DNA from: Candidatus Eiseniibacteriota bacterium
GTDB taxonomy: Bacteria; Eisenbacteria; RBG-16-71-46; SZUA-252
DNA length: 64,000 nt
NCBI GenBank assembly: GCA_963703225.1
Contig: OY969801.1
Span: 992,001-1,056,000, forward strand
Direction of reading: 5' to 3'
Part shown: positions 17,750 through 27,741 of the stretch, one piece after another
Position numbering within the stretch: position 1 is the first letter of the stretch
How the letters are laid out: each line of letters begins with the position of its first letter
Notes under the pieces: model-generated
Seen by the model: the letters and a program-made list of their open reading frames with translations, nothing else
The model's database searches: none
What the model was told of the DNA's origin: nothing
Position numbers and translations under genes: made by a program

Positions 17750-20170
17750 CTAGCGTTTCCGCACCGAGGGCTGGTTCTCCTTCGAGGGCTCCTGCGGCTT
17801 TGTCTCCTTCGAAGGCTCCTGCGGCTCTGTCTTTGGCGGCTCCTGCATCTTCGGGTTCTGCTGCTCCTTGGGCGGTGGCGTTGGACGAGCGGGCGGCGGA
17901 GTGTCTGGGGTCTTCCTCCCGCCGGAACGCTCACGGGCGTGAAACTCACGCTCCAAGTCGCCGGGCGTGGGACTGTTGGGAGGAGGTGTCGGCCGCACAG
18001 AGCGCGGCGGGTTACTCGGCGTCGGCGCCGGGCGCTCGATCGACGGCGGCTCAGGCTTGGTACGCACGTCAGGCTTAGTGCGCACATCGGGCTTGGGACG
18101 CACCTCGGGCTTGGGTGGCCACGTCGACGGGCGATCGGCCGGTCCTCCGGGCGGCGGCGACGGCGTGATACGGGGCGGGGTCGGAAGCTTGGTCGGCTTC
18201 CACGTGGTCTTCTCCCTCACTTCCCATGTTCCCTTCACATCGCGCCGGTACACCTTCCCGTCCTTGCCCGCGAACACGTCGTTGGGCACGGGAGCTGGCC
18301 GTGAGATCGGGCGTGTGATCGATCGCACCGGAATTCGCACGACGCTCTGGTCCACGCGCACGATGTTCTCCGAGCGATTGTAGACGTTCGCCGGCAGACG
18401 GTCCGGTGGGAGCGGTAGCGCGCGGGTGCGCTGTCGAGTACGCAGAAGCGTCAGGTCGTTGGCCACGAGCGGGCGCCGGTAGCCTCCAGGGCCGAACCAG
18501 CTCGATTGGGCTCTGCGCCGAGTGACCGTCTGCCCGGCGCGCCCGCGCGAGCCGACACGAAGGAAGCCGGAGCCGTAGCTGAATCCAAAACTCCAGCGAC
18601 TCAACCACGGGTTGTAGCGAGCCTGAAAGCCCCAAGTGAACCGGCGCGGGATGAAATGGTGACGGCTCCGCCACGGACGGTACCGGTAGCCCGTCCCGTA
18701 ATAGACCGTACCGTAGTAGGGATAGCAGCCGAGGTAGCCCGGAAGGTACCCGACGTAGACCACGTCGGGCGTGGAATCGTAGATGTATACGTAGCGCACG
18801 TCGTACACCGGGCAGCTCGGCGGGATGTCCTCCACCCCGAGCGGCCGCGTCTCGCTCACGCTCCAGGGGCCGTCCGGGAAATCCGAAACGTACCAGACCC
18901 CCTGATCGCAAGCGTAGTAGCGTCCGTCCGCCAGGATGATCTCGGTGTCGCTGTTCATGGCGTATTGGAGATGGGTGCCCTCAATCGGCGCAAACTGGGG
19001 ATCTCCATCGTAGGTGACCCCGAAGGTCTGATCACTTCTTCGGATCGCGCTCGTCTGGGGGATCTGGGCGTCGGCGATCGCGTCCTCCGCTTGATCCGTG
19101 CCTGCGACGCTCGCCAGGATGTTGCCTTTGGGGGAGTCAAGTGGAACCCGCTTGAAACTGGCGGGCAGCCCGTCTCCCCGCACGAACGTCCACGGACCCT
19201 CCATCGACGGAGCTCGGAACCACCGGCCGGAGATCAGCACGAACAGCCTCTGCGTGCTCACCTCCCGAATTACGTCGCTCTCGGTGTTGGCGAGGTAGAG
19301 CAGCTCGTCTTCGACCAGCGGGGCGTACCGCGGTGGGCCGTCCGTGGCGACCAGCTCGGTGGGCTCGGTCGCGGTCAGAATCTCCGGCCGCTGGCCCGTA
19401 AGGTGACCGTACGCTGATGTATCCGGCAGCACGATCTCGCGGACTGCGGCCGGAGGGATTGCGACGTCGGTCCACGGGCCCAAGGGGTCCTTCGCCCGGT
19501 ACCAGAGATTGGCGCCGGTCAGGAAGTACATACGGCTCTCGGGATCGAAGATCACCAGATAGGGCGTATTCGAGACGTGCTGGAGAGTCGAGCCCTCGAT
19601 CGCCTCAAGCGCCGGGGCGCCGTCGTAGACGACAAGGATCGCCCGCCCCTCGTGGAAGATGATTCTGGGTGGCGCGTTGTCCAAGCCGACGATGCTCGCG
19701 CGCTCCTTCTCCGCCGCCGCGAGCCCGGCCTGCAGTTCTTCGAGTGAACCGGATAGATCCCATTCGGCCGCCTGGGCTTCCACTAGTTGTTCGTATCGGC
19801 TTGCCTGATCCGGCGTGATGCTCGGTAACCGTACCTTCGTGACGTCGAAATTGCGGGCCATGACGGTGCTGCTGTCGCGATCGACCTCGATCTGTTCCGT
19901 GAACCAAAGCACTCCAAAGGTCGGATACGCGTCTCCGCTCTTCTGGAGCGAGAAGGCGGCGCGGCCCGTGAGCACGTCGCCGTTGAGATCGTCTGGCTGC
20001 GGTTGGTAGATCACGAACGAGCCGCTCGAAGTCTCCAGCAGGCGTGGCCAACCGGGATCGTCGGCGCGCGCGGGCACGGAAACCATAAGCGCTGCTGCCA
20101 CCGCGAGTACGGCAGTGGAACTCGCGATGCTCCGTACGATGAACCTCTGTATCGATCGCGGTGATGACAT
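17750..20170 (-). CDS. Large exported hypothetical protein with Tyr/Gly-rich and Pro-rich C-terminal regions
   Basis: Start moved to ATG 20170 (MSSPRS), followed by a signal-like segment ending ARA-DDPGWPR. Contains IYQPQ, repeated W(F/Y)RA....GPW units and a low-complexity tail. Confidence 0.75.
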   Translation of the reverse strand: MSSPRSIQRFIVRSIASSTAVLAVAAALMVSVPARADDPGWPRLLETSSGSFVIYQPQPDDLNGDVLTGRAAFSLQKSGDAYPTFGVLWFTEQIEVDRDSSTVMARNFDVTKVRLPSITPDQASRYEQLVEAQAAEWDLSGSLEELQAGLAAAEKERASIVGLDNAPPRIIFHEGRAILVVYDGAPALEAIEGSTLQHVSNTPYLVIFDPESRMYFLTGANLWYRAKDPLGPWTDVAIPPAAVREIVLPDTSAYGHLTGQRPEILTATEPTELVATDGPPRYAPLVEDELLYLANTESDVIREVSTQRLFVLISGRWFRAPSMEGPWTFVRGDGLPASFKRVPLDSPKGNILASVAGTDQAEDAIADAQIPQTSAIRRSDQTFGVTYDGDPQFAPIEGTHLQYAMNSDTEIILADGRYYACDQGVWYVSDFPDGPWSVSETRPLGVEDIPPSCPVYDVRYVYIYDSTPDVVYVGYLPGYLGCYPYYGTVYYGTGYRYRPWRSRHHFIPRRFTWGFQARYNPWLSRWSFGFSYGSGFLRVGSRGRAGQTVTRRRAQSSWFGPGGYRRPLVANDLTLLRTRQRTRALPLPPDRLPANVYNRSENIVRVDQSVVRIPVRSITRPISRPAPVPNDVFAGKDGKVYRRDVKGTWEVREKTTWKPTKLPTPPRITPSPPPGGPADRPSTWPPKPEVRPKPDVRTKPDVRTKPEPPSIERPAPTPSNPPRSVRPTPPPNSPTPGDLEREFHARERSGGRKTPDTPPPARPTPPPKEQQNPKMQEPPKTEPQEPSKETKPQEPSKENQPSVRKR
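17776..17846. repeat. 27-bp coding tandem repeat (KPQEPSKET-like)
   Basis: tctccttcga(g/a)ggctcctgcggct at 17776 and 17803, with a partial third copy. Confidence 0.8.
18051..18112. repeat. 18-bp coding tandem repeat (KPDVRT/KPEVRP, about 3.5 copies)
   Basis: Units start at 18051, 18069, 18087 and 18105 (tc(a/g)ggctt...cgcac). Confidence 0.8.
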
Positions 20171-20485
20171 GGTGCGCCTCCCGGGAAGAATCGGGCCAGC
20201 GATCCGAGAGCTTAGGTGTCTCGCTTCATATATAAGGTACACACGCCGTGCGAGGATGTTGGTGGCAGCGATGCGATAATTTGCGGCAGCGCGGTCGGGA
20301 GGAGAGCACCCGCTTAGGACGCGACGAGACGGCCCCGGGGAGCGAGACCCGTATCTGCCTTCCGTGCAGCGTAATACAAGGCGTCCCAGAGAGCCTGAGA
20401 CCCGACCGACAACTTCTTGAGAATATTTGCGACCCGCGGGACCTTTAAAGCGTCTCCGGTATGAGGAGGAGCGGCGAAGGGGAGC

Positions 20486-21088
20486 ATGAACTTGCGCGCA
20501 GATGAAGCCCGCTGGGCCAGGCTCATCCGACTTTTGGGGCCGATCCACGCCCAGGCCGTGGCCACGGCCCGGAGGCTGAGCCGCTCCCTCCACGACGGGG
20601 ATGATCTCTTCCAAGACGCCGTGCTGCGCGGTTACGACAAGCTGAACGGCCTGCGCGACGAATCGCGGTTTCGGTCCTGGTTCTTCGCGATGCTCCTTTC
20701 GAGGCACCGATCCCGGGTGAGGCGCCCACGCCGGGAGTCGGTGCCGATCGAGGAGACGCTCGGCCGCCGTGAGGAGCCGGTCGGGGAAGACGGGACCCGG
20801 TGGGAGGAGGAGCGGCGGAGGGCGGAGCGCGCGTCGCTCGCGCTGGAGGGTTTGGCGCCGGTCCAGCGGGAAGCCATCGTGCTGCACGACATCAATGGGT
20901 TTTCCGTGGAAGAGGTCGCGGAGATGCAGGGTGTCACCCGCTCGGCCGTGAAGTCGCGCCTGGCTCGCGGCCGAGAGCAGCTGCGGGGCTTCTATCTCCG
21001 ATACGCGCGGGAGAGCGAAGTGACGCGACTCGAGACGCTACCGGCCGGGACCATGGCCTGGCCGGCGAAGGAGAGATCCGATGACTGA
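20486..21088 (+). CDS. ECF RNA polymerase sigma factor
   Basis: Region 2 DDLFQD...FRSW and region 4 REAIVLHDINGFSVEEVAEMQG...VKSRLARGR. Confidence 0.9.
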   Translation: MNLRADEARWARLIRLLGPIHAQAVATARRLSRSLHDGDDLFQDAVLRGYDKLNGLRDESRFRSWFFAMLLSRHRSRVRRPRRESVPIEETLGRREEPVGEDGTRWEEERRRAERASLALEGLAPVQREAIVLHDINGFSVEEVAEMQGVTRSAVKSRLARGREQLRGFYLRYARESEVTRLETLPAGTMAWPAKERSDD

Positions 21089-22100
21089 CAAATCGCACCT
21101 GGACCGGGACCTCGAGGCTCTGCGAGAGCTGAGCGCTCGGGATGTGCCGGACCTGGACACCACAATTCAAACCATTCGCCAGCGCGGTCTTGAATCGGGG
21201 CCAGAACGCTGGGATTTTAGGAGGAAAGTTATGGCTCTAGTTCATTCAGTTCGCACGCGCCCGGCGTATGCCGCGCTTGCCGCGGGAGCGCTCGTGGTTC
21301 TGGTGGCGATGTTCGTGCCCGTCTCCTACCAGCGGGTCGCCGGACAGGAGGTTGCACTGACGGTGGCCGGAACGGAGCTCGGAGATCTGGAGATTGCGGG
21401 GGTGGCCCAGAAGTTCAAGGAGGCGCTGGGCGCGAAGGGTGTCATGGTGGAGGCAATCTCGGGGAGTGCCGGACCGATCTTTGTGCTCCACGCCACCCTG
21501 CCCAAGCGTTCGGGATCCGACGCCCAGCGCACGACGGCCGGGTTCGCCCGCGAACTGGCCGCCAAGGGCTATTCGGCGTCGGTCCGTGTGACGCCCCACC
21601 TCGAGCGTGTTCGGTATCCAGCCGTGGCCTACGCGTTCGACCAGATCATACGCATCAGCGTTGACGGGAAGTCGGCGGCCGCACTGGAGCAGGAGATCCG
21701 CGACCGACTCGCCCAGGCGGGGGTGCCCGACGCGCAGGTTTCCGTCACCGACCGTCCGGAGGGAGGGCGCGAAGTCCGCTTGACGATGAACCGCGAGCAG
21801 GAGGGAGGCACGCCGCCGCTCGAGCCCATGCCCCAGGTCGAGCTCACCAAGAACGGCGCGCCGCTCCAGGGCGGAGAGGGAATGACGGTCAAGGTCCAGA
21901 AGCGAAAGGTCGACGGCGCGACCTCCCTGATCGTGGACGTGACGTCCAATGGCAAGGCCGCCAAGGCAGAGGTGGCGAATTACGAATCGATGAGTGATCT
22001 CGCGCTGGCGGACGCCATCAGCTCGCAGCTCAAGCGCGCCGGAGTCGACGCTCGGGTGACGGTTACGGGCGGGAAGGTCTCCATCGAGGCGGTGAAGTAG
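21081..22100 (+). CDS. Putative anti-sigma factor (single TM, extracytoplasmic domains)
   Basis: Overlaps the ECF gene. Short cytoplasmic N-terminus, one TM (AALAAGALVVLVAMFVPV) and a large C-terminal region. Confidence 0.6.
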   Translation: MTDKSHLDRDLEALRELSARDVPDLDTTIQTIRQRGLESGPERWDFRRKVMALVHSVRTRPAYAALAAGALVVLVAMFVPVSYQRVAGQEVALTVAGTELGDLEIAGVAQKFKEALGAKGVMVEAISGSAGPIFVLHATLPKRSGSDAQRTTAGFARELAAKGYSASVRVTPHLERVRYPAVAYAFDQIIRISVDGKSAAALEQEIRDRLAQAGVPDAQVSVTDRPEGGREVRLTMNREQEGGTPPLEPMPQVELTKNGAPLQGGEGMTVKVQKRKVDGATSLIVDVTSNGKAAKAEVANYESMSDLALADAISSQLKRAGVDARVTVTGGKVSIEAVK

Positions 22101-22188
22101 CGCACGATAGGGCAGGGCGATAGGGGGCTGCACGGGCGGGGCGGAGAATCGGCCGCTCCGCCCGTGGCACGTTGGATCGCGAGGAGGC

Positions 22189-22217
22189 TTGACGGCCAGC
22201 CGGATAAGTGATAATAT
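22189..22217 (+). promoter_or_regulatory. Putative sigma70 promoter of the S8 protease
   Basis: TTGACG-17bp-TAATAT. Confidence 0.5.
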
Positions 22218-22265
22218 CTCAAGACGTTACTAGCTTGTATGCTCCCGATGATCGTCGAGGGGGCG

Positions 22266-25200
22266 ATGAACTCCCGCACCTCCATACTGGCGATTCTCAC
22301 GACACTCACGCTTCTCGTGGCGCCGCTCGCGCGAGCCGCGACGCAGTTCTCCGATAGCCGCTTGATCGTCAAGTTCCGCTCGCGCCCAAGCGTGACGCGC
22401 GGCACGCCCGGACCCCTCAGGTCGGGGTCCGTCGCGGTGGATGCACTGCTCCGCCAATTCGACGCCGAAGCGCTAGAACAACTCTTCCCACCCGTGGCCA
22501 GGAATCCCGAGCTGCAGGAGCAGTTGGGGATGGACCGGTTCTGGGTCGTGCAAATGCGCCACCCCGTGGACATCCGCGCGGCGGCCTCGGCCTTCGCGAA
22601 TCTGGGTGACGTCGAGCTGGCCGAGCCGGACTACATCATGACTTGTGCGGACGCCGCCACGGCGAGTCTTGTTCCAAATGATCCGCAATTTCCCATGCAG
22701 TGGGGCTTCCGGAACACGGGGAGTAACTCGATGGTCCCGGGAATCGCGGGCGCCGACATCAAGGCAGTCCCGGCGTGGGACATCACCACGGGCGACCCGA
22801 GCGTCCTCGTGGCCGTCCTCGACTCGGGTCTTCGCATGGACCATCCCGAATTTGCGGGGCGAGTCTGGACCAATTCGGGCGAGATTCCGGGCAACAACCT
22901 GGACGATGACGGGAACGGGTATGTGGACGACGTCCACGGATACGATTTCGTCAACAATGACGCGGACCCCAGCGACGACCTGTTCCACGGCACGGCGGTC
23001 ACGAGCGTGATTGCGGCGAATGGGAACAACGGATCGCTCATTGCAGGGCTCGACTGGTCCTGCCGTATCCTTCCACTCAAGGTGGTGAATTCCAGCAATT
23101 TCGGTCTCTATTCTTGGTGGGAGGCCGGGATCTATTACGCCGTATCGATGGGCGCCCGGGTGGTCAACATGAGCTTGGTTGGCTACGATCCCAGCGCATC
23201 GCTGGGTAGCGCGATGCATTTCGCGCACAACAGCGGTTGCTTCATCGCGGCCGCTATGGGAAACGACAACATCGCGTCACCCTCGTTTCCCGCTATGTTC
23301 GACGAATGGGTCACCGCCGTCGGATCAACGGACCCGATGGATCACCGCTGCGTTCCCTCGGTCTGCGGCTATGGCAGCAACTTCGGTCCGCACATCGACG
23401 TGGTTGCGCCGGGGACGGAGATCGCCGCTCTCCTATTCAACGATACGGGGTCCTTCTTTTCTCCGAATGGCACCTCCTTCGCGACCCCCATGGTGGCGGG
23501 CCTCGCGTCACTTCTCCTCGCGAAGAATCCCTCCCTGACACCGGACGAGATTCGATCCGTCATCCGCTACTCCGCGGACGATCAAGTGGGGTCTCCGGAA
23601 GAAGACATGCCAGGATTCGACAACCACTACGGGTACGGCCGCATCAATTGCCTGCGGGCGCTGAATCTCGTGCGGAGCATTGCCCCGCCCGTCGTGACCG
23701 CGCCAGGCAGCGTGTCCACCCAGGAGGGCACCCCCCTTGTGATCGAAGTGAGCGCTTCCGATCCGGATGGCGATCCCATCCAAACCCTGACGGCGGATTT
23801 TTCGAATCTGCCCCCCGGGCACAACGCCGTCTTTGTGGCGAACGCGGACCATTCGGCCGGACGGCTAGACTGGACCCCGGACTATATCCACGCGGGGACC
23901 TACAGCCTGGCGTTCACGGCATCGAGCCCGTTCCAGGGGAGCGCGGCCACCGTAATCCAGGTCGCGAACGTGAACGACCCACCCCTGCTCGTCGCACCCG
24001 CTTATCTCGACGCGTTCGAAGGGCTGGAGCTGGTCGTGGATGTCTCAGTCAGCGATGTGGACGGGGATCCGATCACGTCTCTCTCTGCAGAACCGCTGCC
24101 GCCGGGAGCCGCCTTCACGACGTCCGCCGACCGAAAGACCGGGAGGCTTCGCTGGACCCCCGGATTCAATCAGCAAGGGCCCCATTCGCTCCGGTTCATC
24201 GGCACGAGCACGAGCGCTACCCCCGCGCTCACCCTAGAGTCCGTGGTGAACTCGGTGATCGATGTTGCAGACGTCGACAAGTTACCGATCGTGACGCTGC
24301 CCCCGCGCGTGGAGGGGATCGAGGGCGCACTCATATCGGTGAACGTGTCCGCGGCGGACCCCGACGGCGATCCGGTTACAGACCTCAAGGCAGGCCCGCT
24401 GCCTCCCGGGGCGGCGTTCGCAGCGTCGCCCGACCACTCGAGCGGCGAGCTCCAATGGACGCCTGGATTCGCACAATCGGGGCAGTACTTCGTGACGGTG
24501 ACGGCGACCTCGCAGCATGTGGGAGCGCCGGGCGGCGCGCCTGAGAGCCAGAATGGCCACGGAGGTGTGCTGCTCGTCATCGCCGACGCGCCTGACCATC
24601 CGCCCGTGATCACCGCGCCGGCGCAGGTAACAGGCGCGGAGGGAGTCCTCCTGAGCGTCGAGATCGAGTACTCCGACGCCGACGGCGATGACATCCTGGA
24701 AGTGGGCGCATCCCCGCTCCCGGCCGGCGCTACGTTTACTCCCGGTGCGGGGCACTCCTCCTCGGCCCTCGCGTGGACCCCGACCTTCGACCAGGCGGGG
24801 ATCTACACCATCACGCTGTCCGCGCGGAGCGCCCACAGGCCCTCGCCCGTGAGCGAGCCGGTGTCAGTTGATGGATTCGCGAATATGCAGATCACGGTCA
24901 CGGATGTGAATCGCCCGCCTGTGGCCGTCGCAGGCGGTCCCTATGTGGGTATGCGCGGCGCGCTGATCGCATTCAACGGGGTCGGATCATTCGACCCGGA
25001 CGGACAGCCGCTTCAGTTCTCGTGGGACTTCGGGGACGACCTTACGGGGTCAGGGGCGACGCCGTTGCACAGCTACGCCTCGACGGCGGGAAGCCCCTTC
25101 ACGGTCATTCTGACCGTGTCGGACGGCTCCCTGAGCGGCACGGCCAGCACGACGGCGGCGGTGCAGGACATTGCCGCGGCGAAGGTGTTCTATCCCTTCA

Positions 25201-25820
25201 ACCTGGACTACATCTTCCCGCAGATCCTACCCACCGTGGTCTGGATCGAGCCGGTCCATGGATCATTCACGGTTAACGACGCCATGCTTTCGTCGGTTTC
25301 CATGCGCTACAACGGGGCGACCATCCTGACGGGGTGCAAGAACACGGCTGGCATCGACCGGAATCACAACGGAGTCGCGGAGATCAGGGCGTGCTTTGCC
25401 CGAAATGATCTCAAGACTCTGTTCGCGAGCCTGCCCAACGGCATGAGCGAGGTGCAGGTGACGGTCGGCGGTGAACTTTTGTCGGGTGGGAGGTTTGAGG
25501 GGACCACGACGGTGCACGTGATCAAGTTGGGTTTCCTGGGAGCGGGATCACTGGCCTTGGTTTCTCCCAACCCCATCAACCCGCAGGGGAAGCTCACGTT
25601 CGTGACGACACAGCCAGGCGTGGCGAGCGTCCAGGTCTTTGACCTGAACGGGCGTCTGGTCCGAAACTTGATGGCGCAGCAATCCTTATCACCCGGCATC
25701 CACGAGGTGACGGTCGACGGCCGGAACGAGCAGGGGAGCCGGCTCGCTTCCGGCATCTACTACTATCGCGTGCGATCGGTGGACGGGGTGTCGAAGGGTG
25801 CGTTTACCGTATTGAAGTGA
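22266..25820 (+). CDS. Secreted S8 serine peptidase with 4 Ig/cadherin-like repeats, PKD domain and C-terminal FlgD-Ig-type domain
   Basis: Signal peptide and triad VAVLDSG / HGTAV / GTSFATP. Four D(P)DGD..LP.GA.F...W(T)P repeats, PKD WDFGD, and C-terminal PNP..FDLNGRLVR..DGRNEQG..LASGIYY. Confidence 0.92.
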   Translation: MNSRTSILAILTTLTLLVAPLARAATQFSDSRLIVKFRSRPSVTRGTPGPLRSGSVAVDALLRQFDAEALEQLFPPVARNPELQEQLGMDRFWVVQMRHPVDIRAAASAFANLGDVELAEPDYIMTCADAATASLVPNDPQFPMQWGFRNTGSNSMVPGIAGADIKAVPAWDITTGDPSVLVAVLDSGLRMDHPEFAGRVWTNSGEIPGNNLDDDGNGYVDDVHGYDFVNNDADPSDDLFHGTAVTSVIAANGNNGSLIAGLDWSCRILPLKVVNSSNFGLYSWWEAGIYYAVSMGARVVNMSLVGYDPSASLGSAMHFAHNSGCFIAAAMGNDNIASPSFPAMFDEWVTAVGSTDPMDHRCVPSVCGYGSNFGPHIDVVAPGTEIAALLFNDTGSFFSPNGTSFATPMVAGLASLLLAKNPSLTPDEIRSVIRYSADDQVGSPEEDMPGFDNHYGYGRINCLRALNLVRSIAPPVVTAPGSVSTQEGTPLVIEVSASDPDGDPIQTLTADFSNLPPGHNAVFVANADHSAGRLDWTPDYIHAGTYSLAFTASSPFQGSAATVIQVANVNDPPLLVAPAYLDAFEGLELVVDVSVSDVDGDPITSLSAEPLPPGAAFTTSADRKTGRLRWTPGFNQQGPHSLRFIGTSTSATPALTLESVVNSVIDVADVDKLPIVTLPPRVEGIEGALISVNVSAADPDGDPVTDLKAGPLPPGAAFAASPDHSSGELQWTPGFAQSGQYFVTVTATSQHVGAPGGAPESQNGHGGVLLVIADAPDHPPVITAPAQVTGAEGVLLSVEIEYSDADGDDILEVGASPLPAGATFTPGAGHSSSALAWTPTFDQAGIYTITLSARSAHRPSPVSEPVSVDGFANMQITVTDVNRPPVAVAGGPYVGMRGALIAFNGVGSFDPDGQPLQFSWDFGDDLTGSGATPLHSYASTAGSPFTVILTVSDGSLSGTASTTAAVQDIAAAKVFYPFNLDYIFPQILPTVVWIEPVHGSFTVNDAMLSSVSMRYNGATILTGCKNTAGIDRNHNGVAEIRACFARNDLKTLFASLPNGMSEVQVTVGGELLSGGRFEGTTTVHVIKLGFLGAGSLALVSPNPINPQGKLTFVTTQPGVASVQVFDLNGRLVRNLMAQQSLSPGIHEVTVDGRNEQGSRLASGIYYYRVRSVDGVSKGAFTVLK

Positions 25821-25870
25821 GGGTTTCGAGGACTCGATAAGAGCCCCGAACTGGGCGACAAAAATTCGCC

Positions 25871-25898
25871 TTGACATATTCCTGTATGGGAATATGAT
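25871..25898 (+). promoter_or_regulatory. sigma70 promoter overlapped by palindromic operator (likely ArsR autorepression); probably leaderless
   Basis: TTGACA-16bp-TATGAT with the inverted repeat CATATTCC-N6-GGAATATG (25875-25896). The ATG is 6 nt after the -10 box. Confidence 0.8.
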
Positions 25899-25904
25899 TC
25901 TTCC

Positions 25905-26243
25905 ATGGCACGCGCCTCCACCAGCTCCGACGTGTTCAATGCAGTCGCCGAGCCGCACCGTCGGGCCATCCTCGAATTCCTGGGCCCCGAGGAGCGGCCG
26001 GTGGGCGACGTTGTGGCGGCACTTCGCTTGGCCCAACCGTCGGTGTCGAAGCACCTGCGAGTGCTCCGGGAGGTCGATCTCGTGCTCGCACGACGCGACG
26101 GCCGTCGGATTCTCTATCGCACAAACGCCGAAGCGATCAAGCCCATGCACGAGTGGGCGGGAACCTTCGAGCGCTACTGGCGCCGGCAACTACGCCGGAT
26201 CAAGGAACGAGCCGAATCAACGGACGCCTCGACCACCAAGTGA
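25905..26243 (+). CDS. ArsR/SmtB family transcriptional regulator
   Basis: VFNAVAEPHRRAIL, QPSVSKHLRVL and GRRILY. Confidence 0.92.
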   Translation: MARASTSSDVFNAVAEPHRRAILEFLGPEERPVGDVVAALRLAQPSVSKHLRVLREVDLVLARRDGRRILYRTNAEAIKPMHEWAGTFERYWRRQLRRIKERAESTDASTTK

Positions 26244-26271
26244 CGCAAGAAGACCAACCAAGGAGGAACCC

Positions 26272-26733
26272 ATGGTACTGCCCGAAGTGATGACAAACGT
26301 CCAGACGTTGAACATCAACGAGGAGATCCGGGTCAAAGCACCGCTCGAAGTGACTTTTGCAGCCCTCCTCGAAGAGCTGGGCCCGCTCCATCAGGTGGCG
26401 GACGATCGTCCATTGCCCATGAAGCTCGAGGCGCATCCTGGCGGTCGCTGGTACCGCGACCTGGGTCAGGACAACGGACATTTCTGGGGAAGCGTGCAGG
26501 CGATCAAGCGGCCCACACTGCTCGAGATCACCGGGCCGCTCATGATGTCTTACGCCGTTGTCTCAAATCTGCAGTATCGGCTGACCCCCGTGGACGGCGG
26601 GACCATCATCACGTTCAAGCACACCGCGATGGGGCTGATTCCAGAGGACTTCCGTTCGGGCGCCCAGGAGGGCTGGAGTTACTCGCACGAACGCGTCCGC
26701 AAGGCGGCGGAGAGCGCCGCATCTAGGAGGTAA
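26272..26733 (+). CDS. SRPBCC/AHSA1 (START-like) domain protein
   Basis: AAGGAGG RBS, PGGRW, GTIITFKH and EGW. Typical ArsR-SRPBCC pairing. Confidence 0.85.
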   Translation: MVLPEVMTNVQTLNINEEIRVKAPLEVTFAALLEELGPLHQVADDRPLPMKLEAHPGGRWYRDLGQDNGHFWGSVQAIKRPTLLEITGPLMMSYAVVSNLQYRLTPVDGGTIITFKHTAMGLIPEDFRSGAQEGWSYSHERVRKAAESAASRR

Positions 26734-26737
26734 TGAG

Positions 26738-27448
26738 GTGAAGACCGTCGACGTGAGCCACAAGATCGTATCGAGAGAGGAATGGATCAAAGAGCGGAAG
26801 GCGCACCTGGCAAAGGAGAAGGAGTTCACCCGGCAGCGCGACGAGCTGAGCCGGGAGCGGCGCGAGCTTCCGTGGGTCAAGGTCGAGAAGAACTACGTGT
26901 TCGAGGGCCCACGAGGCAAGGTATCCCTTGCCGACCTCTTTGAAGGTCGCAGCCAACTGATCGTTTACCACTTCATGTTTGGACCGGACTGGAAGGAGGG
27001 GTGCCCGAGCTGCTCGTTCATATCCGATCACATCGACGGCGCCCGAGTGCATCTCATGCATCACGACGTCATGTTGGTTGCCGTCTCGCGGGCGCCTTCG
27101 GCCAAGCTCGAGGCGTTCAAGAACAGAATGGGCTGGCGCTTCCCTTGGGTGTCGTCGCAAGGGAACGACTTCAACCGCGATTATCACGTGTGGCTCCCGC
27201 GGGACGAGGCGGGGAAAGGCAAGGGGTACTACAACTACGAAGAACAGGGCTACCCGAGTGAGGAGGCCCACGGCGCGAGCGTATTCTTCAAGGACGAAAG
27301 CGGCGGCGTTTACCACACCTATTCAGCCTACGCGCGCGGCTGCGACATTCTTCTGGGTGCGTATAATTTCCTCGACATGACGCCGAAGGGTCGAAACGAG
27401 AAGGCCGGCATGGACTGGGTGCGGCACCACGACAAGTACCCCGGTTGA
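26738..27448 (+). CDS. DUF899 (thioredoxin-like) family protein
   Basis: RRELPWV, LIVYHFMF, GCPSCS, HTYS..ARG, LDMTPKGRNE and WVRHHD. Confidence 0.93.
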   Translation: MKTVDVSHKIVSREEWIKERKAHLAKEKEFTRQRDELSRERRELPWVKVEKNYVFEGPRGKVSLADLFEGRSQLIVYHFMFGPDWKEGCPSCSFISDHIDGARVHLMHHDVMLVAVSRAPSAKLEAFKNRMGWRFPWVSSQGNDFNRDYHVWLPRDEAGKGKGYYNYEEQGYPSEEAHGASVFFKDESGGVYHTYSAYARGCDILLGAYNFLDMTPKGRNEKAGMDWVRHHDKYPG

Positions 27449-27490
27449 GCTTGCCAAGACCATCCGCCGAGGTGGTGAGAGGAGGTTCCT

Positions 27491-27607
27491 GTGTGTCCCG
27501 CGTGCATTGCGAGCGCGACGTTGGCGGTCGCCGGCGCGACATCCGCCGGTGGCCTGACCGCGCTCGTCTTGAGGCTGTTCCGCTTGAGGCGGAGGAAAGA
27601 CCGGTAA
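27491..27607 (+). CDS. 38-aa CxxC small membrane peptide (MCPACIASATLAVAGATSAGGLTALVLRLFRLRRRKDR)
   Basis: Absent from the ORF track. AGAGGAGGT RBS 5 nt before GTG. CPAC is followed by a hydrophobic stretch and a basic tail. Confidence 0.7.
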   Translation: MCPACIASATLAVAGATSAGGLTALVLRLFRLRRRKDR

Positions 27608-27651
27608 ACGGTTGCCCCGGTGGGCGATATGCATTTCCGGTAGGGGCCCGC

Positions 27652-27679
27652 TTGACGCTCCGCCGGGGCCGGGTAAAAT
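27652..27679 (+). promoter_or_regulatory. Putative sigma70 promoter of the sigma54 activator
   Basis: TTGACG-16bp-TAAAAT. Confidence 0.55.
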
Positions 27680-27741
27680 ATTGGATCTAGGAGCAAATAG
27701 TTCGGTCCCCATACCTATTGAAGGAATCCAAACTCAGACCT

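Noticed and set aside
17776..18112. Short tandem repeats considered as a CRISPR-like array
   Set aside because: Periods are multiples of 3, there are no unique spacers or cas genes, and they encode a Pro/Lys-rich tail.
20171..20887. N-terminal 239-aa extension of the 1045-aa minus ORF
   Set aside because: It overlaps the ECF sigma gene in antisense. The signal peptide begins only after ATG 20170.
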